From Ferruginibacter sp. (GTDB lineage Bacteria; Bacteroidota; Bacteroidia; Chitinophagales; Chitinophagaceae), in contig JBGSMI010000065.1 of NCBI GenBank assembly GCA_041740215.1, positions 38,201 through 102,200 on the forward strand: a stretch of 64,000 nucleotides of DNA. The letters run 5' to 3'. Shown here piece after piece: positions 8,377-18,660 of this stretch. The position numbers and the translations under genes were made by a program. Within the stretch, counting starts at the first letter, position 1, and each line of letters opens with the position of its first letter. Below the pieces are notes generated by a model. That model was given only the letters and a program-made list of their open reading frames with translations. It did not search any database and was not told where the DNA came from.

Positions 8377-11300
8377 ATGGAATTAAACAAATTTCACCTG
8401 CCAGGCAAAATAAAAAATTTTATGCTGCTGCTGGCACTCAATATGGTTGTTGCCTGTGCCTTTGGCCAGGTTAGTATTTCGGGAAAGGCTACTGGAAAAA
8501 GTGGTAGTCTGACAGATGGGGTAAACGCTGTGTCTGTTTTGGTTAAAGGCACAAAATATGGTGCTGGCACCGACAATAACGGGCAATACAAAATTACAGC
8601 ACCATTAAAACCTGGTAGGTACGTTATTGAGTTCTCTGGAATTGGGTATCAAACTTCGGAAGTTGAGTTAACAATTGGCAGTGGCAGCGATTACACGGTG
8701 GATGCTGTATTAACTGAAAAGGTATCCAATTTGGATGAAGTTATTGTAACAGGTACTTCTGCCGGAACCACTCGCCGCCAGTTAGGTAGTTATGTTAGTT
8801 CCGTAAAAGCGGATGACTTAACGAAGGGTGCAACAGGCAATGTACTGGCGGCGTTACAAGGCAAAACTGCCGGTGCTCAAATATCTCAGAATTCCGGTGA
8901 TCCTGCCGGTGGTATGAGTGTTCGGTTGAGAGGCATTAGTTCGGTCTCTTCATCGTCGGAACCGTTGTATATTGTAGATGGTGTAATTGTCAACAATGCT
9001 ACCAATAGGGTAACCAATACATCTGGAAACTATGATGGTGGAAATTTTGTAGGCACAATTGGTCAAAGTCGTCTCGTAGATATAAACCCTGCCGATATTG
9101 AGCGAATTGAAGTATTGAACGGAGCGGCTGCTGCGGCTATTTATGGTAGTCGGGCAAATGCGGGGGTAGTTCAGATATTTACTAAACGTGGTAAAAGCGG
9201 CACGCCTCTGGTGAGTTTTTCAACCAGTCTTATGAGTAGCAGCCTTCGTAAAAAAATTGAGGTTAACCAGGCTCCAACAAAGTTTGGTGGATCACCAGAT
9301 GTAATTACACAGGATATTCTCTTACCGGCTCTTACAACTACAACACCCGTTACAAGGTATGATTACCAGGATGATATTTTTACCAATGCCTTGGGTACAG
9401 ATAATACTGTTTCTGTAACGGGCGGTTCAGACAAGACCAAGTATTATGCCTCCGGCTCCTATTTTTTCAATAATGGCATCGTTCGCAATACCGACTTTCA
9501 ACGCTACAGTTTCCGTCTTAATTTAGAGCAGGTGCTTAGCGAGTGGGCGACTTTTAATGTTGGACTCAATTACACCAACAGTTCAGCCAATGAAAAACCG
9601 GATGGAAATTCCTTTTTTTCTCCTATGAACTCGGTAACCATTCTTGGTAATATTCATGATATTAAAACACGGGACGCCAACGGAAACATCAGAGCGGTTG
9701 GGGAACGAGGCCGTGTAAATCCGATTTCTGTAATTGAAGAAATAAAGCAAAAACAAACAACCAGTCGTGTATTGGCAAGTGCAGGGCTTACATTAAAGCC
9801 AATTAAAAATCTTACAATTGATTATAAATTGGGCATTGATAATTTTAGCCAGTTAGGCACAAGTCTTATCCCGCCATTTAGCTACAACGTAGGTGATGGT
9901 TTTTTTGGTGGAGGATTGACGCTGGATGCAGCAAGAAATGGTTATGCCAGTACGGCCAACAATACTTTTTTTGCCATTAACCACGATTTGAATGCAACTT
10001 ATACAGTTGATATCAGTAAAGATTTTGGTTCAATAACACAGGTAGGATTTTCGCAACAATATGAAAAAAATAATTACAGCCTTTTACAAGGCCGGGGATT
10101 GGCACCGCTCGTAGAAACGGTAAATGCAGCAGCTACAATTTTGCCAGGTGTAGATGAAAGAAGCGAATTGAGTATATCTGGTGCATTTGTTCAACAGAAT
10201 TTCAAATATCGCAACCAGTTGTTTGTTACAGGTGCTGTTAGAGTAGATGGTTCAAGCGTATTCGGCGAGAACCAACGCAATCAAACCTATCTGAAAGCAA
10301 GTGGAAGCTATGTAATATCGGGGGCAGATTTTTGGAAAGATCTAAGTATTTCCAAATGGTGGGATTTGGCTAAAGTAAGGCTTGCTTATGGTGAAAGTGG
10401 TAACCTTACCGGCATTGGTGCATTTGCAAGATTTAACACCTATTCTCCTTCAGCTTATGTTGGCAGAAGTGCATTGAACGGCAGTAGTGTTTTGGCAAAT
10501 CCAAATGTTAAGCCCGAGAGGCAGCAGGAAATTGAATTTGGTGCTGATTTCGCTTTCCTCAAAAATCGCCTGAATTTTACAGTAAATGTGTACAATAAAA
10601 AAGTGACTGACCTGTTGATCAACAGAGTTTTTGCTCCTACAACAGGATTTAGCAGTTTCTTAAACAATCTGGGTTCGCTGGAAAACAAGGGTTTTGAACT
10701 TGTTTTAGGAGGTACTCCAATTCAAAACAAAAATCTTACATGGGAAATAAATGGTCTTTTCAACAGAAACCGTAATAAAGCAATTAATATTGGTCAGGCG
10801 CTTACGCTATTCAGTACCAATGCCGGGGCTCCGGTTGCTATTTTGCAGGGCCAGCCTATTGGGGTTTTTTACGGAACTTATTTTGCAACCGATGCGTCAG
10901 GTAATGAGGTTAAAAATGCTGCAGGTATACCTCAAACAGAACGAGGTGTTCAAAATAGTCCTTTGGTAGTAACTCCCGGCAGAGATGCCAACGGGCTGCC
11001 AACAGGTAATGTGTTGAGGAAAATCATTGGTGATCCCAACCCGGATTTTACAGCTACTTTAACGAACGAAGTAAGTTATAAGAAATTTGGATTGCGAATA
11101 CAGATAGATGCGGTGCGGGGTGGAGATGTTTTCAACGCAGATTGGCGCACCCGCCAAGGGGTTGGCAATGGAAAAGTAGCAGAACAGGAGCATCTGGGTT
11201 TGTTACCACGTGGTTATATTAGCGGTATATATGCAGTAGAAGAATGGAGGATAGATGATGGGTCTTTCACCAAATTGCGAGAGGTGTCTTTAAGTTATAA

Positions 11301-11496
11301 AGTTGGTAAAGTAGCGAAAGTATTAACTGATTTAACGGTAATGCTAAGTGGCAGAAACCTTTACAGTTGGGATAATTACAAAGGATACGATCCCGAAGTG
11401 AATGCCGGCGGCCAGAGTACTTTGCTAAGGGGAATTGATTTTGGCGCAGTTCCAATACCAAGAACATATAGCATCTCATTGGTAGCTAAATTCTAA
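8377..11496 (+). CDS. SusC/RagA family TonB-dependent transporter
   Basis: CarboxypepD-like N-domain, LDEVIVTG TonB box, PLYIVDG and DINPADIERIEVL..AAAAAIYGSRANAGVVQIFTK plug motifs, C-terminal PIPRTYSISLVAKF. Confidence 0.96.
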   Translation: MELNKFHLPGKIKNFMLLLALNMVVACAFGQVSISGKATGKSGSLTDGVNAVSVLVKGTKYGAGTDNNGQYKITAPLKPGRYVIEFSGIGYQTSEVELTIGSGSDYTVDAVLTEKVSNLDEVIVTGTSAGTTRRQLGSYVSSVKADDLTKGATGNVLAALQGKTAGAQISQNSGDPAGGMSVRLRGISSVSSSSEPLYIVDGVIVNNATNRVTNTSGNYDGGNFVGTIGQSRLVDINPADIERIEVLNGAAAAAIYGSRANAGVVQIFTKRGKSGTPLVSFSTSLMSSSLRKKIEVNQAPTKFGGSPDVITQDILLPALTTTTPVTRYDYQDDIFTNALGTDNTVSVTGGSDKTKYYASGSYFFNNGIVRNTDFQRYSFRLNLEQVLSEWATFNVGLNYTNSSANEKPDGNSFFSPMNSVTILGNIHDIKTRDANGNIRAVGERGRVNPISVIEEIKQKQTTSRVLASAGLTLKPIKNLTIDYKLGIDNFSQLGTSLIPPFSYNVGDGFFGGGLTLDAARNGYASTANNTFFAINHDLNATYTVDISKDFGSITQVGFSQQYEKNNYSLLQGRGLAPLVETVNAAATILPGVDERSELSISGAFVQQNFKYRNQLFVTGAVRVDGSSVFGENQRNQTYLKASGSYVISGADFWKDLSISKWWDLAKVRLAYGESGNLTGIGAFARFNTYSPSAYVGRSALNGSSVLANPNVKPERQQEIEFGADFAFLKNRLNFTVNVYNKKVTDLLINRVFAPTTGFSSFLNNLGSLENKGFELVLGGTPIQNKNLTWEINGLFNRNRNKAINIGQALTLFSTNAGAPVAILQGQPIGVFYGTYFATDASGNEVKNAAGIPQTERGVQNSPLVVTPGRDANGLPTGNVLRKIIGDPNPDFTATLTNEVSYKKFGLRIQIDAVRGGDVFNADWRTRQGVGNGKVAEQEHLGLLPRGYISGIYAVEEWRIDDGSFTKLREVSLSYKVGKVAKVLTDLTVMLSGRNLYSWDNYKGYDPEVNAGGQSTLLRGIDFGAVPIPRTYSISLVAKF

Positions 11497-11515
11497 AACT
11501 AAAAAAAAACGAATT

Positions 11516-12823
11516 ATGAAATCATATATCAATAACTATTTCCTTTTACTGGCAGTTCCTGCTCTGATGATTTTTTCCTCAGGATGTAAGAAGGATTTTG
11601 TTAATCCAAATGGTGCACCTGAAGATCAGGTATTCACCTCTTCGAGGGGCTTAACCGCTGCTGCAATCGGTTTACAAAGAACCTATGCATTTTCCCGTGC
11701 CGGATCGGTATTCAATATTGTTACCGCCAATGGCTTTGTAACAAATGAATTGCGATTGCTCAATTCCGGTAATATCCCGGAATTACAGTTGAGTACAGGT
11801 GGTGCTACAGTAGACGGAACCAATACAATACTCGCTAATATTTGGTCAAACGGTAGTAAAATAATCTTTGATGCGGACCGGATTATTGCAGCGGCACCAA
11901 ATCTTCAGGATAAGGGATACGCCAGTGGATTAATAGCCTATGCATCAATATATAAGGCGATGGCATTGGGTAGTATCGCTATGTTTTGGGATAAAGTGCC
12001 GGATACTGTCGGTACGAATGTAACATTTAGCGACCGCATACAAGGGTACACAAAAGCAGTTGCTACGATTGACCGTGCTCTTGCAGTGATTGGAACAACG
12101 CCAATTAGTACTTCTTTTGCCGGAAATATACCGGCTGGTACTGACATCATCAATACGCTTAATGCATTGAAAGCCCGTTACTTGTTATTCTCAGGCACTT
12201 ATGCAACTGCATTAACCGCAGCGAATACAGTAGACATTGCAAGAAGAAGCACCATGAATTTTGATGCAGTAAGCATTAATCCTGTATTTGAAACAGCTAC
12301 ATCAACAAACAATGTTTTTCAACCAATTGATTCAACGCTAGGGCTTCCGGTTGCGCTGGCACCGTCATTAACCGACAAAAGGATTTCATTTTATACAACG
12401 ATCAATTCAATAATAGCACCACGATACAGGGTTGGAGGTTTTGGAGCGATGTCATCAACTCCGTGGCCTTATTATCTGACTGGCGAAATTACACTGATAA
12501 AGGCCGAGTGTCTGGTTAGGCAAGTCGCTCCAGATTTAGCCGGAGCTGTTATTGAGTTAAATAAGGTGCTGACAAAAACCCCAGCTTCTGATCCTTATGG
12601 AATCGGAGCTGATCAGCCTGCTTATGCCGGAGCAGTTACAGCAGTTGCCATTTTAGAAGAAATTTACCGCCAGCGGTGTATTGAGCTTTTTATGAGTGGT
12701 TTAAAACTGGAAGATATGAGAAGGTTCGCAAGACCAATTGCAGAGCGCAAGCGTAACTTTTTTCCTTATCCTTTCAGGGAAAGAGACAATAATACCAATA
12801 CTCCTGCTGATCCCTCTTTTTAA
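11516..12823 (+). CDS. SusD/RagB family outer-membrane lipoprotein
   Basis: Lipobox FSSGC; EITLIKAE and EEIYRQRCIELFMSG.KLEDMRRF SusD motifs; directly follows susC. Confidence 0.92.
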   Translation: MKSYINNYFLLLAVPALMIFSSGCKKDFVNPNGAPEDQVFTSSRGLTAAAIGLQRTYAFSRAGSVFNIVTANGFVTNELRLLNSGNIPELQLSTGGATVDGTNTILANIWSNGSKIIFDADRIIAAAPNLQDKGYASGLIAYASIYKAMALGSIAMFWDKVPDTVGTNVTFSDRIQGYTKAVATIDRALAVIGTTPISTSFAGNIPAGTDIINTLNALKARYLLFSGTYATALTAANTVDIARRSTMNFDAVSINPVFETATSTNNVFQPIDSTLGLPVALAPSLTDKRISFYTTINSIIAPRYRVGGFGAMSSTPWPYYLTGEITLIKAECLVRQVAPDLAGAVIELNKVLTKTPASDPYGIGADQPAYAGAVTAVAILEEIYRQRCIELFMSGLKLEDMRRFARPIAERKRNFFPYPFRERDNNTNTPADPSF

Positions 12824-12850
12824 TATATGCTCGTTTTTATTATTATTAAA

Positions 12851-12880
12851 TATAAAAGCCCCATTCCTGGGGCTTTTATA
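12851..12880. terminator. Bidirectional intrinsic terminator between susD and lpxD
   Basis: TATAAAAGCCCC-ATTCCT-GGGGCTTTTATA perfect inverted repeat between convergent genes. Confidence 0.85.
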
Positions 12881-12929
12881 TTTAATAATAATTTGTTTTC
12901 GCTATTTGGCAACCTTCGATTACCTTTTA

Positions 12930-13970
12930 CTAAAGCGCTTCTTTCTGCTCAGTTTCCTTTTGCTTTTTTTCTATTGTATCAACCCGCTGTACCAGAGCAT
13001 CGAGGTTGCGAAAATGAATATAAGCTTTCCTGTATTTGTTGGCATCAAATGCGGGTGAGCCCATAAATACCTCTCCTTTTTTAGTAATGCTTTTTGAAAT
13101 GCCTGATTGTGCGGTGATGATTGTATTGTCAGCTACGTTTAAATGCCCAACAATACCAACCTGCCCACTAAACATACAATTTTTGCCTATTTTGGTAGAC
13201 CCTGCCACCACGCCATGTGCAGCGAAATAAGTGTTTTCTCCAATTTCCACATTGTGTGCAATGTGAATGAGGTTATCGAATTTTACACCTTTTCGTAAAA
13301 TGGTTGAACCGAGCGTTGCCCGGTCGATGGCACAGTTGGCGCCTATTTCTACATCATCTTCTATCACTACATTGCCAATTTGGGGCACTTTTTTATGATT
13401 GTCTTCCGGGTTAAATCGAAAGCCATCACTGCCAATAACAGTACCGGAATGAATGATACAGTTTTTGCCGATCTGCGTTTCAGAATAAATTTTTACACCG
13501 GCAAAAAGTGTAGTATTATCCCCGATTACAGCATTATCGCCAATGTAAACCTGCGGATAAATTTTTACGTTATTGCCAATCACCGCATTTTCTCCAACAA
13601 ACGAAAACTCACCGGCATAGATATCGGTGCCAACGGTAGCAGTTTCTGCAATGAATGACATTTTTGAGATGCCCTTTTTATTGAGTTTTACCTCGTTGTA
13701 CATTTCCAATAATTGAGCAAATGATTTTTCTGCACTCTCTACTCTGATCAATGTAGCAATAACCGGCGCTGTAAGCACAAAGTTGTTGTTAATGATTATG
13801 ATGGAAGCCCCGGAATCATACAAATATTGCGTGTAAAGTGGATTGCTTAAAAATGAAATTGAACCGGGAACGCCTTCTTCTATCTTAGCAAGTTTGGTTA
13901 CAGTCGCATTGGCATTTCCTTCAATCTGACCATTGAGCAGGCCGGCTATTTGTGTGGCAGTAAATTGCAT
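12930..13970 (-). CDS. lpxD: UDP-3-O-(3-hydroxymyristoyl)glucosamine N-acyltransferase
   Basis: LpxD N-domain ([17 protein letters not shown]), hexapeptide repeats, VIGSDGF and [21 protein letters not shown]. Confidence 0.96.
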   Translation of the reverse strand: MQFTATQIAGLLNGQIEGNANATVTKLAKIEEGVPGSISFLSNPLYTQYLYDSGASIIIINNNFVLTAPVIATLIRVESAEKSFAQLLEMYNEVKLNKKGISKMSFIAETATVGTDIYAGEFSFVGENAVIGNNVKIYPQVYIGDNAVIGDNTTLFAGVKIYSETQIGKNCIIHSGTVIGSDGFRFNPEDNHKKVPQIGNVVIEDDVEIGANCAIDRATLGSTILRKGVKFDNLIHIAHNVEIGENTYFAAHGVVAGSTKIGKNCMFSGQVGIVGHLNVADNTIITAQSGISKSITKKGEVFMGSPAFDANKYRKAYIHFRNLDALVQRVDTIEKKQKETEQKEAL

Positions 13971-14061
13971 GAGGCAGGTTATTTATTTTAGGTGTTGATG
14001 AATGTTTTAACGGAGTGTTACAGGCTGATTGGAAATTATTAATAACTTAATTGCGATAAAA

Positions 14062-15036
14062 CTAAAGACCCTTTACGCCAATCATTTGGTTACTTTCCTG
14101 ATCCCAAACTTTTAATTTGAAGCAGGCGCTCATTGCCTTTGGTGACAGAGAGGTTGTTTTACAGTTTTGCAGTTCCTTAAAATGTTTCATTACTTCGGGC
14201 AACCGGTAAAAAGGTATTTTAGAATTGAGGTGGTGAATATGATGGTAACCAATATTACCTGTAAACCATTCCATAACAGGATTCATTTTCATAAAGCTGG
14301 ATGATTCCAATGCTGCTTTTTCGTACACCCAATCTTTATTTTCATAAAACTCTACACCTGGAAAATTGTGCTGAGCATAAAATAAATAGGCACCCATAGC
14401 AAAGGCAATTAAAAAGGGCAGGAAAAACATAAAAAACCATGCCTGCCATCCCATAAAGACAAATAGCGAAACAGCAACACCCACATGCAAAACCAACGCA
14501 ATCATTGAATCATAATGCTTACGTGGGTTACTGATAAACGACCGCAAACACATGCCAATGATAAACATGGAAAAATATCCTAAAGCGATGGAGATCGGGT
14601 GACGAACGGCAAGGTAAGTAAATTGTTGAGCGGCCGTCATCTCCTGGTACTTCTTCCGGGTAACAATTGGATAGGAGCCAATGCTTGCGCTAAATAATTT
14701 TGAATTGTTATTGTGATGATGATCGTGCGATCTTTTCCAAATACTAGTGGGTGAAAGCATGTACATTCCAAAAATGGTCATAATAACATCCGCAGTAGCA
14801 GATTTGGTGAGTATCGTATGATGCTGGTGATCGTGATAAATAATGAACATTCTTATCAACAATAAACCTGCTGTAACACTACATAGTATTTTTAGTAAGA
14901 TGCCTGGCATAAAAAGACTGCCGCACAACATTAATACTAAGAGCGAAAGCGTAGAAATAGTATGAAACCAACTCTTGCTTCTTATTTCTTTAGCAAAAGG
15001 TTTTGTAGCCAATATCAGGTTTCTTCCCAGGAGCAT
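14062..15036 (-). CDS. Membrane fatty acid desaturase
   Basis: His boxes HDHQH, HDHHH and HHIHH; GNIGYHHIHHLNSKIPFYRL as in Bacillus Des-like enzymes. Confidence 0.9.
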   Translation of the reverse strand: MLLGRNLILATKPFAKEIRSKSWFHTISTLSLLVLMLCGSLFMPGILLKILCSVTAGLLLIRMFIIYHDHQHHTILTKSATADVIMTIFGMYMLSPTSIWKRSHDHHHNNNSKLFSASIGSYPIVTRKKYQEMTAAQQFTYLAVRHPISIALGYFSMFIIGMCLRSFISNPRKHYDSMIALVLHVGVAVSLFVFMGWQAWFFMFFLPFLIAFAMGAYLFYAQHNFPGVEFYENKDWVYEKAALESSSFMKMNPVMEWFTGNIGYHHIHHLNSKIPFYRLPEVMKHFKELQNCKTTSLSPKAMSACFKLKVWDQESNQMIGVKGL

Positions 15037-15074
15037 TGTATAAGTTTAATTCGTGAAGATAATAATTTTAATAT

Positions 15075-15947
15075 TTAACTACGTTTGTGTTTCCATCTTT
15101 TATGCACCCAAAGCCATGTTTCGGGCTGTTCAACGATATCAGACTCGAGTTTTTTGGTATGCAACGCTGTTATATCACCCTCATTTCCAGTATAAGGAGG
15201 CGATTGTAACAAGTCAGCCATTAAAGAATAATAACCTCTTGTTAATCTTTTTACCGATACAAAGACAATGGGGTAATTTACCTTTTCTGCTATTTTTTCG
15301 GTTCCCATAAACACCGCAGTCTCCTGGTTTAAAAAATTCATCCAGTACGCTCTTGCCGGGTTGGGCGACTGGTCTGCAATAAATGCAGTTGCTGTTAAAT
15401 CATCTTTGTGTTTTACAATATCCCTGAAGGTATCCTTCATCGGTATCAGTTTGGTTCCAAAACGTTGCCTCATTTTACAAATAAGCCGGTTAAAATGTTC
15501 GTTTTCAAGCGGATGATAAATTACATACAACTGGTGTTTACAGCAAAGGCTAAAGGTATTGCCGGCCCATTCCCAATTTCCTTTGTGGCCCATTACAATA
15601 ATTACACTTTTGTTCTTTTCAGCCAGTTGTTTAAATAGCAACTCAGCATCCGGATCAAAACCGCAATGTTCCAGCATTTTTTTACGACTGATGGTAAGCG
15701 TTTTAAACGTTTCAAGAAAAAGATCACAGAAATACTGGTAGAAGCTTTTTTGAATGGAAATCAATTCGGCAGTGGTTTTTTCCGGAAAGGAGTTTTGAAG
15801 ATTGGCAAAAACCACTTTTTTTCGATAACCGATTACGTAATAAATCAACAGATAAATTCCATCCGATAATAAATAAAGAATCGGAAACGGCAATAATGAA
15901 ACCAGGTAAATAAGTGGAAGAGACAGATAATATATAATTGTTGACAA
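15075..15947 (-). CDS. Lipid A/lysophospholipid acyltransferase (LpxL/HtrB family)
   Basis: YRKKVVFANLQNSFPEK, GHKGNWEW, FIADQSP and WLWVHKRWK motifs; TTG start. Confidence 0.92.
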   Translation of the reverse strand: MSTIIYYLSLPLIYLVSLLPFPILYLLSDGIYLLIYYVIGYRKKVVFANLQNSFPEKTTAELISIQKSFYQYFCDLFLETFKTLTISRKKMLEHCGFDPDAELLFKQLAEKNKSVIIVMGHKGNWEWAGNTFSLCCKHQLYVIYHPLENEHFNRLICKMRQRFGTKLIPMKDTFRDIVKHKDDLTATAFIADQSPNPARAYWMNFLNQETAVFMGTEKIAEKVNYPIVFVSVKRLTRGYYSLMADLLQSPPYTGNEGDITALHTKKLESDIVEQPETWLWVHKRWKHKRS

Positions 15948-16260
15948 GTATACTGGAGTTGAATTTTTTGAAAAAATGAGATGCTGCTAACTTTTGCAAA
16001 TTAATCAAATATTTTTATAGCCCGTTCGGAGAGTGCAACCCAAATCCGATAGCATTCAGTTTTAGATAGCGCCATTCAGGGCCATAGCCGATGCGCTCAC
16101 CGATCGAATTCATGAGCGACAATTTGGGATGTACCATTCGAGGGGCAAATTTCAATTCACTGTTTCGGATTGGAAATGAGCGCAATCTTTAACGATGGGT
16201 ATTCACACAGTTATAATCTGTTATAAAGCTTGGAAGTACTGTATCAGTTATTACTGGTTA

Positions 16261-18660
16261 TTATTTCCTCTTGCTAACAAAATCCCGCAAGTAACTGCAA
16301 CTGTTATAAGCTTCGCTGTAAAAGGCAGTATTGCTATACTCTTTAACGAGTTGTGGGAAATGCCTGTTCTTTTTAAACTTTGGCCAATATAATTTTTCTG
16401 CGGCATCCAATTGGTTCCAGTTGTAGTTAAAGTCGCTGTAAACCGGTTTTGATACTTGTTTTTGGCTGCACTTCGCCATCATAAACAGACAGCGGGCTTT
16501 AAAGTTTTTATCCTGGGATGCATTCATTGCTTTTTCAAAATAAGCCTCGGCGGAATGGCACCCGTAGTATTCCTTCTTGAAAGCGTTAGCATCAGTTGGA
16601 ATACGATAACCATCTGTGCTACCTCTATAATATTGCACCAGCTCCCAGGTATGGCCATAATACGTCATGTTGTACAATCCGTTGGCGAGTTTATAGTAGT
16701 ATTTGGCTGCATTTGTTTTATCTGTTTCTGCTTGTTTGGTCAACAAGAGCATAGATTCCGCAAAAGCCAGTTTGCTGGTGCTAAATTTTAATTCTTTGGC
16801 TAATGGTTCTTCCTGGTCGTACAGCAGATCAATGAATGGATTCTTTTTTATAGGTAATGATTTTTTATCGGGTGATTTTTTAAACCATTCAATTGCACGG
16901 GCATAATCATATTCCCGCAAATAGGCGGTGCCGGCAAATTCCGTTACTACGGCCGTGTTGATAGCATTTTTTTTGATGAGATAATTTTCAAATTTATTTC
17001 TTTGTTTTGCGGTGAATAAAGCATACAGATTTTCTACATCCTTGCTGGAAAGATTGTTCCTCATGTAATCGACTCCTTTATTACTATATCTATTTGCTTC
17101 CGGCGATTCAATCACATCAGCAGCACCAATACAAAGCGCCTCCTTATGATAGTCACCTGCCTGGTGATAACGCTTTGCTAAAATTTCGCTCATCAGGTCA
17201 CGATAAATTTTCTTCCACTGGCTCGTTTGATAGTAGCCGGTAGTTGCAGGCTTTTCATTTCTCACCCTTTCCTCCAGCCAAAATAAGGAGGGTAACAACT
17301 GTTCTTCAAAAGCCGCATCTATTTTATCTTTTTCATTGATCGTCACGAGTATATTGGTCAGCGTCCATTGGTCCTTTACTTTTTTTGTCAGATTCATTTT
17401 CTCAGCCGCCGCCAGATACTTTTTTGAGTTGGTATAATCTTTCATCATATAGGCTGCGTAGGCAGCACCTGTTTCAAATAAGCCCCGGTTTTTTACCTGC
17501 TTGTTATTTCCTGCTTCCAATAGAAAAGCCGTGAGTTCTTTTGTTTCTTTTTTTGCCGCTGTTGTAACACTATCTAACTGCTGGTTATCCCAATAATAGT
17601 AAAACGTACTACCCCCTTTTTCTTTTTTCAGTATTGGCGTTAAGTACGTCTCTTCCAGTTTATTGATTTCTCTCACAGCCAAAACTTCCAATTCCTCTGA
17701 TCCAGCATTTAACTGATAAATTGACTTCATAGCAGGTAATTCATTATCTGAACTACCCATTGCAAACAATGCAAGCATCGCTGCCTTTTCTTCGTTTGTT
17801 TTACAGTAGGCGAGGTATTCATTTCTTGGTGTTTCAGCATTGGTACTCCATTTAAACCCTAAATAATTTGACACCCTTTTTGCCGTTGATGCACTAAACG
17901 CCTTACTGAAAACGTAGGCAGCTTCTTTTGTTTTTCCGGTTCTATACAGTGCGCCCCCTTTCAATGCAAGGCTTAGTGGTTGCAACACGCTTTTGGTATT
18001 ATTCCCCGAAACATAGTCGTCGTAAAATTTGATCGCATTCAAATATCGGCCGCTGTAATGCGCAAGCCTGGTAATCTGGTAGGCAAACCTTAGTTTGAAA
18101 AAAGGTGATGTTGCAGCGTTGTATAGTTGGAGACCATTTTTTATCAGCTTCGCCATTTTTACACTGTCTCTTTGGGTAGGTTCCCACGCATCGCTGTTGC
18201 CTGATACATGAGGCTCCAACTGTTTGGCATATAACAAATAACCCAAGGCTTCCAGATCCTTTGTCTTTATAAAATAATTAGTCATACTATTACCCATGAT
18301 TGAATCGGGCATACTTAAGGACGAACCTTTTTCGATATTGCTGTACAAATTAGTAAGATCATTTCTTTCAAATTTGGTTACAAATAAGCTGGCATCTGCA
18401 TCTGTAACCGGCCCGCCGCAATAGCCTGCCCATTCCTGAGCCAGCAAATCACTTACTTCAACGGGTTCACTTTCATCGTACAAAAAATTTAAACCCGTAT
18501 AATAAAAGGGTCGGTAGCCATTCGCTTCCGGCAGATTTTGGTGAAAAAAGGAAGTGTAATAATCGTAAGGATCCGCATCCGGACCGCAACCAATTATATT
18601 TTGAGGAAATAAAACAATGGCTGCACTAATGCAAACTGTTATAAATGCTTTCCAGATCAT
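16261..18660 (-). CDS. Large exported helical-repeat (TPR-like) hypothetical protein
   Basis: 799-aa ORF with an N-terminal hydrophobic signal ending IIGC, then Tyr/Ala/Lys-rich helical segments; its start overlaps the upstream gene's stop. Confidence 0.8.
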   Translation of the reverse strand: MIWKAFITVCISAAIVLFPQNIIGCGPDADPYDYYTSFFHQNLPEANGYRPFYYTGLNFLYDESEPVEVSDLLAQEWAGYCGGPVTDADASLFVTKFERNDLTNLYSNIEKGSSLSMPDSIMGNSMTNYFIKTKDLEALGYLLYAKQLEPHVSGNSDAWEPTQRDSVKMAKLIKNGLQLYNAATSPFFKLRFAYQITRLAHYSGRYLNAIKFYDDYVSGNNTKSVLQPLSLALKGGALYRTGKTKEAAYVFSKAFSASTAKRVSNYLGFKWSTNAETPRNEYLAYCKTNEEKAAMLALFAMGSSDNELPAMKSIYQLNAGSEELEVLAVREINKLEETYLTPILKKEKGGSTFYYYWDNQQLDSVTTAAKKETKELTAFLLEAGNNKQVKNRGLFETGAAYAAYMMKDYTNSKKYLAAAEKMNLTKKVKDQWTLTNILVTINEKDKIDAAFEEQLLPSLFWLEERVRNEKPATTGYYQTSQWKKIYRDLMSEILAKRYHQAGDYHKEALCIGAADVIESPEANRYSNKGVDYMRNNLSSKDVENLYALFTAKQRNKFENYLIKKNAINTAVVTEFAGTAYLREYDYARAIEWFKKSPDKKSLPIKKNPFIDLLYDQEEPLAKELKFSTSKLAFAESMLLLTKQAETDKTNAAKYYYKLANGLYNMTYYGHTWELVQYYRGSTDGYRIPTDANAFKKEYYGCHSAEAYFEKAMNASQDKNFKARCLFMMAKCSQKQVSKPVYSDFNYNWNQLDAAEKLYWPKFKKNRHFPQLVKEYSNTAFYSEAYNSCSYLRDFVSKRK

